From Myxococcota bacterium (lineage in GTDB: Bacteria > Myxococcota_C > UBA6777), in contig JAKLKB010000012.1 of the NCBI GenBank assembly GCA_023150835.1, positions 1 to 64,000 on the forward strand: DNA of 64,000 bases. The letters run 5' to 3'. Below, one piece after another: positions 39,078-49,211 of this stretch. The stretch's first letter is position 1. Each line of letters begins with the position of its first letter. Below the pieces are notes generated by a model that did no database searches, was not told where the DNA came from, and saw only the letters and a program-made list of their open reading frames with translations. The position numbers and the translations under genes were made by a program.

Positions 39078-39139
39078 CGACCACCTGCGATATCTGGAGG
39101 AAAACGGCTCAAGGCGCTTTTTGTCTCTTTTCTAAAGGC

Positions 39140-39197
39140 CGCAAAAATCAGGCCGCGCACAGATCATATTCCAATCTTTTGTTTTTCAAGTAATTTT
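39140..39197 (-). promoter_or_regulatory. Possible sigma54 -24/-12 box with an upstream AT-rich IHF-like tract
   Basis: Minus strand CGG-CCTGATTTTT-GC (GG-N10-GC) about 65 nt above the fimU ATG; TTTCAAGTAATTT near 39185. Confidence 0.35.
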
Positions 39198-39310
39198 TAT
39201 TTTCGGATGCCTTAAAAAATCCCACACCAGCCCGACCATCACGCAAAGATTGCATACCCTCGACTCTTTCTTGCGTGGCCAAAGAAAAGGCTGTTTGACG
39301 GAGAATCCAG

Positions 39311-40438
39311 ATGCCCGAGAAGCTCCAGCCGCCGAGCGCAGAGAAGACAAACCGCAAAAGCTCCAAAACAAGGGGCGAAGGCTCTCAGACAACAGGCGAA
39401 GGCTCTCAGACAACAGGCGAAGGCTCTCAGGCAACAGACCCAAAGATCCAGCCGTGGGTGTGGGGGGCTGTGACGTTGGCGGAAAGCTTTGGGAAGCTGT
39501 TGTCTCCCGCGCTGTTGTCTTTGCCTCTTCCGCCTGTGCCGAGAGTGGACTGCGGAGATTGTCGGCGTGTCCGAGAAGGCAACGCCAAGGAGACGATACG
39601 CTGTTGTGATATCGTGCCGAGGCTACCGAACTTTTTGGTGGGCGAGATCCTGCATCAGGGTGATCACCCTGTAATACTCGAATGGATCGAACAGAGACGT
39701 TGTGATCCGTATTATTTTTTGCCGCCCCCTGCGATGGAACAGCGCTATCTGTCCGCTCGATCGGACGGCCATTTTGGCCTTCCCTGCCCGTTGTTATTGC
39801 CCAACCAAGGCCGATGTTCGATTTATGCGCAGCGTCCGGCACTTTGCATCGGCTATCACTGTTATATGCCCGATTTGTTGTGGAGAGAAGCGTGGATGTG
39901 CTTGTTGAGCTTGCTGAACTTGTTGCAACACGCGGTGGCACGGGTGTTGGTGCAACGTGCAGGTTTTTCGATGAAGGCGATGGCGGAAGTTTGGGGGGAT
40001 GGAGAAGCGGAGATCGCGTTGTGGGACGGGGACAGTCAAAAAGGCTGGGTGTATCGAGCTTTTTGGCAGGAAAACGAAGGAAAAGAGGCTGATTTTTTCC
40101 GAACGTGTTTTGCGCAAGTCCGCAGCGACGGGAGGCGCGTGCGCGAGCAGGCCAGTGAGCTACAAAAAAGGCTGCTGTGGTCGCGCCTTACGACAACGAG
40201 AGCCTTGACAACCGAACGAGAAGAGCGTTGGTTGCGGCCTTTTGAGATACAAGAGATCCACCCCGAAGCACCGCCCGAGATGTTGCGAAAAGCGTTGCAA
40301 AAGGGCGCACAAGAGGCGGATACACTGGCTTTTAGCATCGAAGAGATGGAAGGTTTTATGGCTTGGTATCTGGGGGAGCTACAGTCGCCTTCTTGGTGGC
40401 GGTGGTGGAGCAAACGCGCCGAACAGCGGCTATTTTAA
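39311..40438 (+). CDS. YkgJ-family (CxxCxxCC-type) cysteine-cluster protein
   Basis: CGDC...RCC...CPLL...RCSIYAQRPALCIGYHC; 21-bp repeat x3 near the N-terminus (39374-39437). Confidence 0.75.
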   Translation: MPEKLQPPSAEKTNRKSSKTRGEGSQTTGEGSQTTGEGSQATDPKIQPWVWGAVTLAESFGKLLSPALLSLPLPPVPRVDCGDCRRVREGNAKETIRCCDIVPRLPNFLVGEILHQGDHPVILEWIEQRRCDPYYFLPPPAMEQRYLSARSDGHFGLPCPLLLPNQGRCSIYAQRPALCIGYHCYMPDLLWREAWMCLLSLLNLLQHAVARVLVQRAGFSMKAMAEVWGDGEAEIALWDGDSQKGWVYRAFWQENEGKEADFFRTCFAQVRSDGRRVREQASELQKRLLWSRLTTTRALTTEREERWLRPFEIQEIHPEAPPEMLRKALQKGAQEADTLAFSIEEMEGFMAWYLGELQSPSWWRWWSKRAEQRLF

Positions 40439-40551
40439 GCGTCGAGCCAAAGCGCCGAACAGCGGCTATTTTAAGCGTCGAGCAAAAGCCTCCGAACAGC
40501 GGCTATTTTAAGCGTCGAGCAAAAGCCTCCGAACAGCGGCTATTTTAAGCG
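40408..40551. repeat. 36/37-bp tandem repeat x4 duplicating the 3' end and stop of the YkgJ gene
   Basis: CCGAACAGCGGCTATTTTAAGCG at 40419, 40455, 40492, 40529. Confidence 0.95.
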
Positions 40552-40556
40552 GGGCT

Positions 40557-42011
40557 CTATCGACGTTGCAAGATCGAGCTAAGGGCGACATAAAGGTAGC
40601 CGGCTTGAAACATCACAAGGAACGGGAGTGCGGAAAAGATCTGGTTGTAAAAGGTCAGCACAACGGCCACCGTAAAGTACAAGCCAAAGAGCAGTTCGAC
40701 GTAAGGCAGCCATGTTTTATGGCCACGATAGAGCTTGGCTTTCCAGTTGTCTTTTTTCGAGGTGACGTTGTACTTGGGCGTGCGGGTGAATTCGCTTTTG
40801 TGCCCAAAAAGGGCTTCAAGAACAGCTTTGCAGTTGTTGAGGCTGATGCCGATGCCGACAGCAAGGGCAAAAGGAACCAGCGCACCTCGCCGAATCCACG
40901 GGCCACCGATCTCTTTTTGAGAGCATACGTAAAAGAGCATCAAAGAGAGCGTCCCTCCGACAAGAAACGGGACATCGGCGATCAACGTATAGTGCCAGTT
41001 GTGTTGGACGCGGATCCAGATCGAAACGGGCAACAACAGCGCAAGGATCACGATCAACAGATACGAAAGGTTGCCCGTCAAGTGGTAGATCGCTTCGGAC
41101 TTGATCGAAAAAGGCAGGTCACTTTTCAAGACACGGCCAAGGAGCTTGCGTGCGGTTTCGATGGAGCCTTTGGCCCAACGATGTTGTTGGGTGCGAAAAG
41201 CGTTCATCTCGACGGGAAGTTCGGCAGGAGCAACGACGTCGGGAAGATACACGAAGCGCCATCCCGCAAGCTGCGCTCGGTAGGAGAGATCGAGATCTTC
41301 GGTGATGGTGTCATGTTGCCATCCACCGGCTTCTTGGATGCACTCACGTCTCCAGATGCCGGCAGTTCCATTGAAATTAAAGAAGCGTCCACTCAAAAAA
41401 CGCGCAGCGTGTTCGAGGACAAAATGCCCATCAAGGAACAAAGCTTGGGAGCGCGTCAAGAAAGAGTAGTCGCGGTTGATGTGTTCCCATCGGACTTGGG
41501 CCATACCGATCTTGGGATCGGTGAAGGCGTGGACGGTCTTGCGCAAGAAATCCTTGGGGGGGAGGAAGTCTGCGTCAAAGACGGCGACCAGTTGGCCTTT
41601 GGCGACATGAAGCCCTGCTTCGAGTGCTCCGGCCTTGTAGCCGGTGCGATCGACGCGGTGGATGTGAGCGATATCGAATCCTTTGGCTTGGTAGTTTTGG
41701 GCGAGTTGTCGACCGAGTTCTTGGGTGTCGTCGGTTGAATCATCAAGGATCTGGATCTCAAGGCGATCGCGGGGGTAATCGATCTCAGAGACCGCCTTGA
41801 CAAGTCGTTCAAGGACGTATTTTTCGTTGAAGACGGGGAGTTGGACAGTCACACGGGGGAGTTCGTCCTCTGAATAGAACCGCAGGGGTTCAAAGGGCTT
41901 GCGCAAGCGGTAGTACTGCATCGTAATGACGTAGCGGTGGGCACCGTAGAGCGTAAGCAAGAAAAGGACGAGAAAGTAGGTGCTCAGCAAGAGCGCTTCT
42001 GGCGTCGACAT
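40557..42011 (-). CDS. Processive GT2 glycosyltransferase (CESA/CslA-like)
   Basis: QLPVFNE, DDSTD, YKAGAL, FDADF, TEDLDLSYRAQL, QQHRW (QxxRW), multiple TM helices. Confidence 0.92.
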   Translation of the reverse strand: MSTPEALLLSTYFLVLFLLTLYGAHRYVITMQYYRLRKPFEPLRFYSEDELPRVTVQLPVFNEKYVLERLVKAVSEIDYPRDRLEIQILDDSTDDTQELGRQLAQNYQAKGFDIAHIHRVDRTGYKAGALEAGLHVAKGQLVAVFDADFLPPKDFLRKTVHAFTDPKIGMAQVRWEHINRDYSFLTRSQALFLDGHFVLEHAARFLSGRFFNFNGTAGIWRRECIQEAGGWQHDTITEDLDLSYRAQLAGWRFVYLPDVVAPAELPVEMNAFRTQQHRWAKGSIETARKLLGRVLKSDLPFSIKSEAIYHLTGNLSYLLIVILALLLPVSIWIRVQHNWHYTLIADVPFLVGGTLSLMLFYVCSQKEIGGPWIRRGALVPFALAVGIGISLNNCKAVLEALFGHKSEFTRTPKYNVTSKKDNWKAKLYRGHKTWLPYVELLFGLYFTVAVVLTFYNQIFSALPFLVMFQAGYLYVALSSILQRR

Positions 42012-42147
42012 CGTTCCTCTAATCCATTGAAAAAAATGATCATTCGTGTGTAACAGCACGTCGAGGTGAGGTTCCGAGAGCTTTTGGGTGGCAGAGTCTA
42101 GCGAGTTCTTGTAGAGAAGACAAGGCCACGAAACAAAAGGAGCGGCG

Positions 42148-43137
42148 ATGATCCACACAAACGATGACGAAACGCCTGTACGCCTTGGGATCTTGCTCAA
42201 CCCCAAGGCACGTAACACAGAGAACCTACAAAAACAAGTGCGCAAGATGCCGTCAGATATCGCGTTTTATGCGTCCTCGCATCTGCTCGAAGTTCCGCAT
42301 TTGTTGGAAAAGTTGTTTTGGGAGCAAGGCGTGACGGTGCTTGGGATCTGTGGGGGGGACGGGACCATCCATCACACACTACACGCGCTGCTTGATATCT
42401 GGCGGAAAAAAAATCTTCCGAACGAGCGTTTGCCGCCGATCTTGCTGTTGGGGGGCGGCACGATGAACATCTTTTCCCAAGCGATCGGCTGGAAAGGAAC
42501 GCCTTTTGCGCGGGCGATCCGATTTTGGGAGCGGTATGGCTTCGCAAAACACAAGGATCTACCGCTGCTTTCACAACCGTTGTTGTGTGTAGAAAGTACG
42601 CATTACGGCGCACGTATGGGGACGGTGTTTGGTAGTGCGCTGACAGCCCGCGCTTTACAAGTGTACGAACAACACGAGGGTGGCGGTTACAAGGGGCTTG
42701 CTCTGTTCTTGAAGGAGGCGATCTGGGGGGCGTTGTGGAAAACGCCGCTTTGGCAAGAGAATGCCGATCTGTTGGAAGGCCCCGCTGCATGGGTGCAATG
42801 GGGAGAAGAATATTATCCATATCGCGCAGTCGTCGCCTCCACCGTTGAGATCGCGATCCTCGGTGGCCTGATCAAGGGGATGTCGATGGAATCGGCCTCA
42901 GCGGGAATGATGCAAGTACGGATGCTCGGAGATGTCGATGCAATGGGACTTATACGCCGTTTACCGCACCTGATCTTTGGTTGGTCCGATCCTGCGATCT
43001 TGGATCAAACAAGTGCGCTTTGCTTGCGCTTGTACGGCGATTTTAGTTTGGATGGAGAAGTGTTTCGCCAAGATCCCGCTGCTTCGGTGATTGTGCATGG
43101 AACAACGTGGACCTTACCGATGGTCCGAGCGTTTTGA
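42148..43137 (+). CDS. Diacylglycerol kinase catalytic-domain family protein
   Basis: NPKA, GGDGT, GGGTMN, FSLDGE. Confidence 0.85.
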   Translation: MIHTNDDETPVRLGILLNPKARNTENLQKQVRKMPSDIAFYASSHLLEVPHLLEKLFWEQGVTVLGICGGDGTIHHTLHALLDIWRKKNLPNERLPPILLLGGGTMNIFSQAIGWKGTPFARAIRFWERYGFAKHKDLPLLSQPLLCVESTHYGARMGTVFGSALTARALQVYEQHEGGGYKGLALFLKEAIWGALWKTPLWQENADLLEGPAAWVQWGEEYYPYRAVVASTVEIAILGGLIKGMSMESASAGMMQVRMLGDVDAMGLIRRLPHLIFGWSDPAILDQTSALCLRLYGDFSLDGEVFRQDPAASVIVHGTTWTLPMVRAF

Positions 43138-43216
43138 GCGGATCAAAGAACGGCGTAAAACGACCGAAGAGAGTTTCACGCTTCGTAAGGCGACCAAACG
43201 GAGTCTCACAGAGCGT

Positions 43217-43696
43217 TTAGCGGCGCGTCCAGAGGCGAGGGATCGGCGCAAGATAAACGCGGCTGACGATGCGCTTGGGTTTGGTGCGGCTCAGCTCGAT
43301 CTTTTGGGGGTGCTGTTCGCCCACCAGTTCGCCTTTTTCGGGACGATACACAAAAAAGAACCGCGTCATCTCCGAGCCATCGAGTTCTCCAAGGACATCT
43401 TCGGAAAACCCCAAAGATGCTAGATAACCGCGTCCAAGATCACGACGGCGCAAGCGTAGGCGCGTCCCATCAAACCAGCCGCTGTAGCGTAGTTCACCGC
43501 CTGCAACTTCTGCAACTCCCCAAACGTACGGCCCCAACTGCGAGAGATGGATCTCCTGACGTGGCGCATTCGGATCTTTTTGCTCGAACCATCGGCCACT
43601 CACGCGCACAAAAAAAGTTTTGATCCGCCACAGCAAAAACAACACAGGCAGACCAAGCAGCGCCCCCCACAAAATCAGCGTTGCATTGACGGGCAT
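43217..43696 (-). CDS. Hypothetical membrane-anchored beta protein
   Basis: N-terminal TM; clean 159-aa ORF between neighbours. Confidence 0.65.
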   Translation of the reverse strand: MPVNATLILWGALLGLPVLFLLWRIKTFFVRVSGRWFEQKDPNAPRQEIHLSQLGPYVWGVAEVAGGELRYSGWFDGTRLRLRRRDLGRGYLASLGFSEDVLGELDGSEMTRFFFVYRPEKGELVGEQHPQKIELSRTKPKRIVSRVYLAPIPRLWTRR

Positions 43697-43713
43697 GATC
43701 TAGCCTCACATAC

Positions 43714-43740
43714 AAAAAAACCCCGACGATGCGGGGTTTT
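43714..43740 (-). terminator. Rho-independent terminator, possibly bidirectional
   Basis: AAAAAAACCCCG-ACGATG-CGGGGTTTT downstream of the lipoprotein gene. Confidence 0.8.
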
Positions 43741-43797
43741 CATTGTTTCAAAAGATTTCTCTACTCAAGGGCAGAAGCGATCATCTCAACATCTCGA

Positions 43798-45033
43798 TTA
43801 TTGGGCGGTATAGCACAAACGGTTGCTCGGATCACCATTGGTATCGCTGGTGTAGAAACCATGCGATTTGTCACGGTTATCGAGGCAGATGGTGAACTTG
43901 ATCTTGCCGTCCACTTTGTTCGACGGATCGGTCGTGATGCTTGGGTTGCCAGCGATCGCTCCTTCACCTTTGTGGGTGGTGATGCTTGCGCGTTTGGTGT
44001 CGATCGATCCGGATTTGTTGTAGTAGCTAAAGCTAACTTCGACGGTGCCGTTGGCGTTATCTTTTCCACAAAGGCTTTTGTTTGCGTCAAAGGGACGACA
44101 ATCGTAGCCGTTGGGACAATCGCTCGTGGTCGTACATTCGGTGCGGCTGCTGTCAGCGCTCCAACAAGAGTTCGAGGTGATGCGGTTGATCTTCACGTCG
44201 TGGATGATGCTGCCTTTGCTGGTTTCGATGCCTGTAGCCCAACCTTCGTTGCCTGTAGCGTTTTCGTCGCAGGCTTCGTTGGGGACGGCTTGGCAACCAG
44301 CTGTTTTGTTGTCGTCGGGGCAGTAGGTTTTCTTGGCGGCTTCGTGACAGACAGCGGTGGTGGTACAAGCAGCGGGGCCTTCGCAGACGTTGGTGGTGGT
44401 GTTGCACTTTTTGCCGCTACAGTTTTGATCCGACACGCATTCCACACATTTTCCAGCGGTGCTGCAAACTTTGCCGGGCTTGCTTGCGCACTGTGGGTCT
44501 GCTGTACACTCACGAGGCGGAGGGACGCACTTTTTGGGACTTGCAGCGGTGTCGCAAGTCGTGTTGGGGGCCTTGCCTGCGCAATCTGTATCGCCCTTGC
44601 ACTCGTCGAGTTGTTGTCCGGGCTTCAAACAGAAGCTATCACGGCACTCTTCGCCACCCGTACACTGCGTATTATCCGCGCATTTGATCACACAGGTTTT
44701 TTTGAAGGGATGACAAGCGTAGGTCGCGCCTTCTTTTGCACAAGCGGTCGCATCGCAGACGCAGCGGCTCAGGGTGTCATCGCATTTGTTTCCGGGATCG
44801 CAGTCTTTGAAGCTTGCGTCTTTGCAGTTTTTGAAGCACATACCTGCCGTTGTATCGCAGACTTCATCTGTTTTGCACTGCGTGTTGGAAGTGCATCCGC
44901 TTGTCCCACCGTCGCCACCGTCGGCGTTGGTGTTTTCGGTGTTGGTTCCGCCCGGACATCCGGCCAAAGTCGTTGCAAGCATCACCGCAAAAGCAGTTCC
45001 ACACAAAAGGCTTATCCATCTTTGAATCATCAC
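43798..45033 (-). CDS. Cys-rich lipoprotein with repeated CxxxxxC disulfide modules
   Basis: GGAGG RBS; lipobox LAGC; CTSNTQC, CADNTQC, CKGDTDC, CTADPQC, CVSDQNC, CTTTSDC. Confidence 0.85.
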   Translation of the reverse strand: MMIQRWISLLCGTAFAVMLATTLAGCPGGTNTENTNADGGDGGTSGCTSNTQCKTDEVCDTTAGMCFKNCKDASFKDCDPGNKCDDTLSRCVCDATACAKEGATYACHPFKKTCVIKCADNTQCTGGEECRDSFCLKPGQQLDECKGDTDCAGKAPNTTCDTAASPKKCVPPPRECTADPQCASKPGKVCSTAGKCVECVSDQNCSGKKCNTTTNVCEGPAACTTTAVCHEAAKKTYCPDDNKTAGCQAVPNEACDENATGNEGWATGIETSKGSIIHDVKINRITSNSCWSADSSRTECTTTSDCPNGYDCRPFDANKSLCGKDNANGTVEVSFSYYNKSGSIDTKRASITTHKGEGAIAGNPSITTDPSNKVDGKIKFTICLDNRDKSHGFYTSDTNGDPSNRLCYTAQ

Positions 45034-45496
45034 GTTCCTCCATGAGGGGTTGAGGTGGTCAAAGCCACCTTTGGGAAAGCGTTGTCGCTTTGCTTGTTTC
45101 TTTATGTCCTCGCTTGCGCGTTTTGTCAAAGTTTCGCAAGGCCCATTCCATCTTTTTTCTGCGCCCCCTTACAACACCAGAATCGCAAAACTTTTTTTCA
45201 AACCAGTGCGATCTTGCGCGCACACTCGCCCGTTCAAAACAACGCGACCTAGACATCTGTGTCATACTTTCGGTTCACGGCAGCGACGCTCTTCTTTCAA
45301 CAAATCTCCGTGAATCGCCAGCGAGCGAAAGATCGGCTCGCCCAAACATAGAAAAAATAAGCACGTTCTCTAAATAAGACGAGATAAAACGAGGCATCTC
45401 AAAAAGAGATCACCCTCCACCCTGTTTGTCCCCGTTTGCGCACGCTAGGTTCCATCAAAACAGGCGGAAGATGCTCACACAACAACAGAAGTTTAC

Positions 45497-45522
45497 GTAG
45501 GGGCGGTTCGCGAACCGCCCGT
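45497..45522 (+). repeat. REP-family hairpin
   Basis: GTAGGGGCGGTTCGCGAACCGCCC, the reverse complement of the copy at about 4842-4865. Confidence 0.8.
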
Positions 45523-45699
45523 GTATCGGGACATCGAGCAGCGAACGGACATACTCACACAACAACACAAGTTTGTATGAGCAGCGGTTCGAGCAAGCAA
45601 CATCCGCTTGTTTGCCTTTTGACGTACAAACGTGTTGTCTTTCCGACAACACAGACGAAGTGTCCGAGTGTTCGGGGTGGGGGGCCAACCATAGCTTAA

Positions 45700-47037
45700 T
45701 CAGCTCAGGGCTGCTTTGCGCTGCTCTTTGGCTTGAGTGATCCGCTCGACTAGCTCTTTTGGAAACTGATCGCTGATGGCGCGAAACTGGTTCCATTGTT
45801 GGCGCAAGGCATCTAGGCTGCTGGTGCGAAGGATACCATGAAGGATCTTTTTTGCGGCCTCTTCGGGGTTTGCGATTGCAACACTCTGCTCTGTCTCGAT
45901 CGGTTCGGGTGTTGTAGGGTGACCGACTTTTCTTCCGTGCGGCTCGCGTTCCGTTTCGCGTTGCGGTTTGGCTTTTTGGATCTTGGGTTCTTTTTGGTCT
46001 GAGGCATCCGAAGCAACTCGTGCGGCGTTTGTTTCAGGTTTCAAAGAAGCGGCTGCATCAGCTTGTTCAGGCTTCAAAGAAGCGGCTACATCGACTTGTT
46101 CAGGTTGTGTTTGAAGGACAGGCGCTTCTTTCGGGGATTTTTCTTCAGGGCGCGTAGATTTTTCTTCGGAGATCGTGTGATGATCTGTGCGGCTATCCGA
46201 TAATTTTCCGCTCTCGTTGCTGTGTTGAGGTTCGTGATCGGTTTGTGCAACGTCGCTGGCGATCTGGCGAGAGGCGGATACTTCGGTCGAGTCGTGCGGA
46301 GCAACGTCAGCCGTCTCTTGAGAAACGACCGAAACAGTCGAAGCATGGGGTTCTTTGGCGCGTTCACCGAGTTCTTGGATCATCTGGCTGGCTTGGCTGC
46401 GCGTCAGATCGTCGAGATGTGAAGTACCGAAACGACGGTCTAATTCTGCACCCAAGGCCACCCGCGTCCAACCGATTTGCTTGCTCAGGCCGATCACAGC
46501 GTTGCGTTGTTTTTCCGTGGCGTGCAGAGGTTCTTGATCGTTGGTGTGGCTGCGTTGCTGCACGAGCCATTGGATGCGTTGCTCGTCGTCCAGTTCTTCC
46601 ACCGCGCAAAACGGAACCGCAAAGGCCGAGCGCATCGCTCGTGCGCGAGCGCGGGTGACAGCATGGCGAAACAAGGCGTGTCCTTTGAGTTTTGACGTGG
46701 TGGGATCGGCGTCTCCGTAGTCTTCAAAGGGATGCGAGCAAGCTTTTTTCCACACACGGGCTTTGACCAGAAAAAAATCCTTGTCCCATCGGGCTTCGAT
46801 GATATCGACCTCGCAACCGTCGTATTCGGGATCGCGGAGCGCCAGTTTTTGCAAACCAGCAGCCGTCACATACACTTGCCCGTTGAGGATCATCACTTCG
46901 CGAGTCAGAGGATCGAGGCCGTATTGGATGGCAACCAATTTAAGGGTCTCTCGCTCTTTTTCGTTGCGAACATCCCAGAGATGGGCGTATTGGTCGAGTT
47001 GTTCTTGGGAGGATGTGGAGGTTTTGGTGTCTTGCAT
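45700..47037 (-). CDS. RecT/Red-beta-like single-strand annealing protein (putative)
   Basis: YGLDPLTREV..VYVTAAGL..KARVWKK..TRARARAMRSAF core; ATEKQ..LTRSQASQMI module; C-terminal AKEQRKAAL helix. Confidence 0.6.
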   Translation of the reverse strand: MQDTKTSTSSQEQLDQYAHLWDVRNEKERETLKLVAIQYGLDPLTREVMILNGQVYVTAAGLQKLALRDPEYDGCEVDIIEARWDKDFFLVKARVWKKACSHPFEDYGDADPTTSKLKGHALFRHAVTRARARAMRSAFAVPFCAVEELDDEQRIQWLVQQRSHTNDQEPLHATEKQRNAVIGLSKQIGWTRVALGAELDRRFGTSHLDDLTRSQASQMIQELGERAKEPHASTVSVVSQETADVAPHDSTEVSASRQIASDVAQTDHEPQHSNESGKLSDSRTDHHTISEEKSTRPEEKSPKEAPVLQTQPEQVDVAASLKPEQADAAASLKPETNAARVASDASDQKEPKIQKAKPQRETEREPHGRKVGHPTTPEPIETEQSVAIANPEEAAKKILHGILRTSSLDALRQQWNQFRAISDQFPKELVERITQAKEQRKAALS

Positions 47038-47256
47038 GGTCTGCTCCTTTGTGCGCGGTGTGCCGCGTGCATGACGTTTGATTTGCATTGCCCAGCCTAC
47101 GCCATACTTTCGTCATAGCGCGTCATGCAGCCTCTTGGCAAAGAAAACTTTTATGGACCAAGGGGGGGGGCAAGGGGTACAAAAAGACAGCGGGGAAACG
47201 GGCTGAAAAAGAGCGATACAAAGAGACAGCGGATCTTCTCGATAAGGCGGGCATCT

Positions 47257-47793
47257 TCACAGACCGCGAACGATCATCCACCGCCCACGGTAGCGTTCGA
47301 GTCGCATGATATGGCGGTTGACATCGCGGTCCCATCCTGCGTTGTACTGGCCGCGAGGGTATTGGTACACAGCGCGTGTCAACAAGACGACTTGCGCTTC
47401 GTTGGGGGTGGGGTAAGTGATCTTTTCGACGCGGATATAGAACGCATAGACCTTGAGCGCTTGAAATGACGGAGACAACAGCTTTTTTTTGACGTAATCA
47501 TACCCGTAATCGTCATCTGGATCAGAGGTTCCTTTGGTTTCGTGGTAGCGCGGAGAGATCAAACGCAAAAGGCTGCTCCACTTCTTTTTTTGGAATGCCT
47601 CTTGGTAGTCCATCAAGACGCTATGAACGTCTTGATTGTCTTGGGTGGCGGGGATCTCCGTACCTTTGATCATCGCGGGAGTGCAGCCCGTCAGAAACCA
47701 CAGCGTCCCCGCCGCGAAACACATCACCCAACGCCAAACAAGCACAGGAGAAAAAGCACGGTAGGGCAAAGGAGAGGAGGGAGTTCTACGCAT
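47257..47793 (-). CDS. Lipoprotein, possible NTF2-like fold
   Basis: Lipobox FLTGC; GRWMIVRGL terminus; start uncertain. Confidence 0.65.
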   Translation of the reverse strand: MRRTPSSPLPYRAFSPVLVWRWVMCFAAGTLWFLTGCTPAMIKGTEIPATQDNQDVHSVLMDYQEAFQKKKWSSLLRLISPRYHETKGTSDPDDDYGYDYVKKKLLSPSFQALKVYAFYIRVEKITYPTPNEAQVVLLTRAVYQYPRGQYNAGWDRDVNRHIMRLERYRGRWMIVRGL

Positions 47794-48007
47794 GTTGTCA
47801 AAATGTCCCTGTTGTTGGGGCGAGTCTGCCAAGTGTGGCACGAGATCCTGAGCGGTATCGTAAGCGCTGTACATGACCAAAAGCCTTTGTTCTTTGCCGT
47901 GTGAGTCAAGATGCCCGAAGCAAAAAGCGAGACATCTCTACGCGAGATCACGGAGCATGGCAAAAAGTAGGCCAGTACAGAACCTACAAACAACGGTTTG
48001 TTTTCGC

Positions 48008-48838
48008 TCAAAGATTCGGCAACATCGGCCAGTTCTGCGGGGTGAGATGATGCGCCATCTCTTCGCGGGTTGCAAGCGAAAGATGTCGCAGGGGTTTTAC
48101 ATAAGCAGGCGCAGGCGTCAAGCCCAAAAGCATCCGAGGCTGCAACACACGGCCTTGCGCAGCAAATACCGCAGAAAGCGCCGCAAGTACGGCGTCGAGC
48201 GCGTCTTGGCGCTCGATCATCAAAGCGCCCAACGCAGGGGGGACGTGAAGCGGCAAGACGGAGACGCAACACGACACATAGCGAGCGCGTAGAGCCGCAG
48301 AAGTCCGATACGTCGGTCGGGTGGGTGAAGAGAACGCAAACTTTTTTGCGAGTAGATGGGCTGTTCCGCTTGCATAGACCTCGATCACACGCGCCATCGG
48401 TCGACAAGGATGGGTTGCCAGTACACGAGAAAGGCGAAGCCATCGCAAGGACAGAGGCGTGATATCGATAGGCCCACCGTTGCTTAAAGCGGGCTTGGGA
48501 GACAACGGTGGCACCGTTCGACGCAACAAGATATCGCAAAGACGATAGTGATAGAAGACCTCCCAAGGCTCGCCCAACTCCGTTGCCCACGAAGGAAAAG
48601 AACAACCACATCCGAGATCGCAACAGGACGCGCATGGAGGCAAAGACAACGGTGCATCGATCCCGCAAAGAGCGTACGTCCCCTCACACAAAAAGCCCAT
48701 CAGTTCGGCATCATCGCGCAATGGAAACAGCGCAAAAAGCTCCATCTTCTTTCTGTCCTGTGCGATACATGCCGCAAACGTCCGCTCGCTCAAAGCCTGC
48801 CGCGTTGTACTCATGTCGATGCCCGCAAAATACACCAT
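48008..48838 (-). CDS. DUF429-family predicted RNase H-fold nuclease
   Basis: FAGIDM, GIDAPLSLP, RLCD, IEVY, DALDAVLAA. Confidence 0.75.
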   Translation of the reverse strand: MVYFAGIDMSTTRQALSERTFAACIAQDRKKMELFALFPLRDDAELMGFLCEGTYALCGIDAPLSLPPCASCCDLGCGCSFPSWATELGEPWEVFYHYRLCDILLRRTVPPLSPKPALSNGGPIDITPLSLRWLRLSRVLATHPCRPMARVIEVYASGTAHLLAKKFAFSSPTRPTYRTSAALRARYVSCCVSVLPLHVPPALGALMIERQDALDAVLAALSAVFAAQGRVLQPRMLLGLTPAPAYVKPLRHLSLATREEMAHHLTPQNWPMLPNL

Positions 48839-48945
48839 CCATCCGACTCCTTGCGTTTATTTTCTTCGCCGCCAATAAGATCGAGCGTGCGAGAACAACA
48901 CCGTCCTGCCGCTCCTTTTGCGGGTTCATACGATACCCGAGCGAT

Positions 48946-49008
48946 GTGTGATCGTAAGATATTGCGTAGACGACCGATTCTTGGGCAGCACACCTGTCTG
49001 CCCCTACA
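48946..49008 (-). repeat. REP-family composite copy, reverse complement of the unit at about 4933-4993
   Basis: TGTGATCGTA..TGCGTAGACG.CCGATTCTTGGGCAG..CTGCCCCTAC. Confidence 0.8.
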
Positions 49009-49211
49009 CCGTTAGGGTAACACTATGGGCGGATTTCGTATCACTCTCCACCGCAAAACACGGATCTAAGGATCGCAGCGCAAAAAGGAAGTCCTGTTGC
49101 GAAATTGAAAAGGCCGAAGATACGAGCGATCAGACAGGGGATATCAAAAGGAGGGTAGAGAAGGAAGAGGAAAGGATGGGGTTGGTGGAAGCGAAAGAGG
49201 CGGATGTCCGG

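Noticed and set aside
45040-45480. Riboswitch or ncRNA in the long intergenic region
   Set aside because: Only a short AGGTGG/CCACCT hairpin; no recognisable aptamer or tRNA.
45700-48838. Prophage
   Set aside because: No integrase, structural, terminase or lysis genes around the SSAP-like gene.
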